Source: Spirochaetota bacterium
GTDB lineage: Bacteria > Spirochaetota > UBA4802 > UBA5550
Reading direction: 5' to 3'
Length of the DNA: 64,000 nucleotides
NCBI GenBank assembly: GCA_963663865.1
Contig: OY760686.1
Coordinates: forward strand, 160,001-224,000
Positions 61,739 to 64,000 of the stretch are shown here, one piece after another. The notes beneath the pieces are model-generated. The model was given only the letters and a program-made list of their open reading frames with translations, was not told the DNA's origin and made no database searches. The stretch's first letter is position 1. Every line of letters begins with the position of its first letter. The position numbers were made by a program, and so were the translations under genes.

Positions 61739-61807
61739 CAGCTTTTAATAAATTCATTGAATCTTATTTTTCAAGTTGATCTATATATTAAAACTCCGGA
61801 GGTCTTT

Positions 61808-64000
61808 ATGACAGGAAGAACCGTTATTGTTGGAGGGGTCGCGGGCGGCGCGAGCACAGCGGCCAGATTGAGACGTATTGATGAAAACGCGGAAATTATA
61901 ATGCTGGAGAGGGGCCCCTATGTCTCGTTCGCAAACTGCGGGCTCCCGTACTATGTAGGCAATGTTATTACCGAACAGAGCGCCCTTGAGCTGATGACAC
62001 CGGAGCTTTTTTTCAACCGATTCAAGGTCGATGTCAGAGTCAGCAACGAGGCTCTGAAAATAGACAGAGCGAAGAAGAAAATTGAGGTTCTTAACCACAG
62101 CACCGGGAAAAAGTACGAGCTTGAATATGACACTCTGGTGCTCTCGCCCGGAGCCTCCCCCATAAAACCGCCCATACCCGGCTCAAATGAAGTCGACCTG
62201 TTCACAGTGAGAACAATCCCTGACTCGGCGGAAATAAAGAAGTACATAGGCGGAAAGAACGTCAGGAGGGCTGTTGTAATAGGCGGAGGCTTCATCGGCA
62301 TAGAAATGGCTGAGAATATGCATCATCTTGGAATAAAAACCACGCTCGTTGAAGCTGCCGATCAGGTGATGCTTCCATTCGACCGCGAGATGGCCCAGTT
62401 CCTTCACCAGGAGATTCTGTTTAACGGAGTCGACCTCATCCTCGACGATCCCGTCGACTCGTTCGCCAGAATTGGCGGCGTTCAGACGGTAAAGACCAAA
62501 TCGGGCGTCCGGATTGAAACCGACATGATTATTCTGGCAATCGGCGTAAGCCCTGACACATCGCTTGCGAAGGACGCCGGACTTGAGCTCGGCCCCAGGG
62601 GGCACATTATAGTAAACGACCAGATGAAAACTTCCGACCCGTCAATATTCGCAGTCGGAGACGCGATACTGTCCAAAAACTTCATAACCGGAGACAGCAC
62701 GGCAGTGCCGCTTGCCGGCCCCGCCAACAGACAGGGCCGTGTCGCGGCTGACAATATCGCGGGAAGAAAATCATCCTTCAAGGGGATAATGGGGACCTCG
62801 GTGGTCAAGATTTTCGGACTCGGCGCTGCCTGCACCGGCCTCAACGAAAAGTCTCTCGCCCTCGCCGGGGATAAGGAGTATGAGAAGGTCTATATCCACC
62901 CCAATCAACACGCCGGATATTACCCCGGAGCAACGCCGCTTACAATTAAGCTTTTGTTCAACAAAAAGAGCGGCAGGGTCCTCGGGGCGCAGGCTATCGG
63001 GGCAAACGGCGCTGACAAGCGTATTGACGTAATATCGGCCCTCATTCAAAAGGGCGGCACAGTTTACGACATGGAAGAGATTGAGCTGGCTTACGCTCCG
63101 CCTTACGGATCTGCGAAAGACCCGGTCAACATGGCGGGCTTTGTAGCGGCCAACACCATCAAAGGCGATGTAAAAATAACGCACTGGTCAGAGGTCGCCG
63201 ACCTTCGCGAAAAGGGGGCCTTCTTTCTCGACACAAGGCAGCCGGAGGAATACGACCTCGGCCGCATTCAGGGATCAGTCAATATCCCCGACACGGAACT
63301 CAGACAGAGACTCGCGGAAGTCCCCAAGGACAAGACTGTTCTTGTCTACTGTCAGGTCGGCTTCAGAGGATACCTCGCCGCAAGGGTGCTTATGCAGAAC
63401 GGCTACAGCGATGTAAGAAACCTCACCGGAGGATTTAAGCTCTACCACATAGCGACCTCGCCTCTCTCAGCGTTCAGCCTCGGAGCCCAGGAGGTCACAT
63501 CAGAGAAAGAACAGATGCTCGGGCGCCCGCTTGACGACATTATTCATCCGTCAATACCGGCTGTCAAAGCGAGCCTTGACTGTTCAGGACTGCAGTGCCC
63601 AGGCCCGATCATGAAGCTTGCCGCGAAGATGAAGGAGCTGCCTCAGGGCTCAGAGCTGAGCATCTCTGCCACCGATCCGGGCTTCGCTTCAGACCTGCCG
63701 GCATGGTGCCGCAGCACCGGGAACGAGCTTGTGTTCCTCGAAAAACGGGGCGAGAAGTTCGAGGGAGCTGTCAGAAAAACGGGTGCAGCGCCCAGACAGG
63801 CGTCAGCCGCCGCGGGCCAGCTGCCCAACGACAAGGCAATCATTCTCTTCAGCGGCTCATTAGATAAGGCTCTCGCCGCGTTTATAATAGCTAACGGGGC
63901 CGCGGCGATGGGCAGAAATGTTACACTCTTCGCGACGTTCTGGGGGCTGAATGTTCTCAAGAAGGACAAGAAGCCGCGCGGCCTGAAGAAGAAGTTTATC
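61808..64000 (+). CDS. CoA-disulfide reductase-rhodanese-TusA/SirA-DsrE fusion (truncated by window end)
   Basis: Manual translation: GGVAGGAS, SFANCGLPY, YAPPYGSAKD, YCQVGFRG, LDCSGLQCPGP, FSGSLDKA...FWGLN; missing from the ORF track because there is no stop in the window. Confidence 0.92.
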   Translation, partial: MTGRTVIVGGVAGGASTAARLRRIDENAEIIMLERGPYVSFANCGLPYYVGNVITEQSALELMTPELFFNRFKVDVRVSNEALKIDRAKKKIEVLNHSTGKKYELEYDTLVLSPGASPIKPPIPGSNEVDLFTVRTIPDSAEIKKYIGGKNVRRAVVIGGGFIGIEMAENMHHLGIKTTLVEAADQVMLPFDREMAQFLHQEILFNGVDLILDDPVDSFARIGGVQTVKTKSGVRIETDMIILAIGVSPDTSLAKDAGLELGPRGHIIVNDQMKTSDPSIFAVGDAILSKNFITGDSTAVPLAGPANRQGRVAADNIAGRKSSFKGIMGTSVVKIFGLGAACTGLNEKSLALAGDKEYEKVYIHPNQHAGYYPGATPLTIKLLFNKKSGRVLGAQAIGANGADKRIDVISALIQKGGTVYDMEEIELAYAPPYGSAKDPVNMAGFVAANTIKGDVKITHWSEVADLREKGAFFLDTRQPEEYDLGRIQGSVNIPDTELRQRLAEVPKDKTVLVYCQVGFRGYLAARVLMQNGYSDVRNLTGGFKLYHIATSPLSAFSLGAQEVTSEKEQMLGRPLDDIIHPSIPAVKASLDCSGLQCPGPIMKLAAKMKELPQGSELSISATDPGFASDLPAWCRSTGNELVFLEKRGEKFEGAVRKTGAAPRQASAAAGQLPNDKAIILFSGSLDKALAAFIIANGAAAMGRNVTLFATFWGLNVLKKDKKPRGLKKKFI

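Overview
Chromosomal window from a Spirochaetota bacterium, probably Leptospirales-related (inferred from a SpiroCoCo-type coiled-coil protein, a Leptospira-type amidase and lipoproteins, and CheX). The housekeeping backbone includes htrA, an amidase, an SSS symporter, cheX, alaS, recX, rpsI-rplM, gdhA, purM, purE-guaA, manC and crcB. Two AT-richer accessory islands interrupt it. Island 1 (~11.5-28.9 kb, between rplM and gdhA) carries a 2.1-kaa SpvB/FG-GAP/YD-Rhs protein with an internal lipoprotein signal. Downstream is an array of alternative tips of one family, each followed by an apparently unrelated exported partner gene. The island also holds an intact IS256 with an 8-bp target duplication, IS3/IS21 debris, a RelE-type TA pair, and many small palindromic elements with ANGGA loops. 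Island 2 (~33.7-39.9 kb) is a defence/TA island: AbiE type IV TA, DUF2971, HigBA and two DUF1016 fragments. The right end has a lipoprotein GH78-GH3-GH78 cluster with a membrane-bound AraC regulator. That cluster contains an uninterrupted IS110-derived ORF lacking its catalytic parts, and is followed by a truncated CoA-disulfide reductase-rhodanese-TusA-DsrE fusion. All family calls come from motif recognition by eye; no searches were run.
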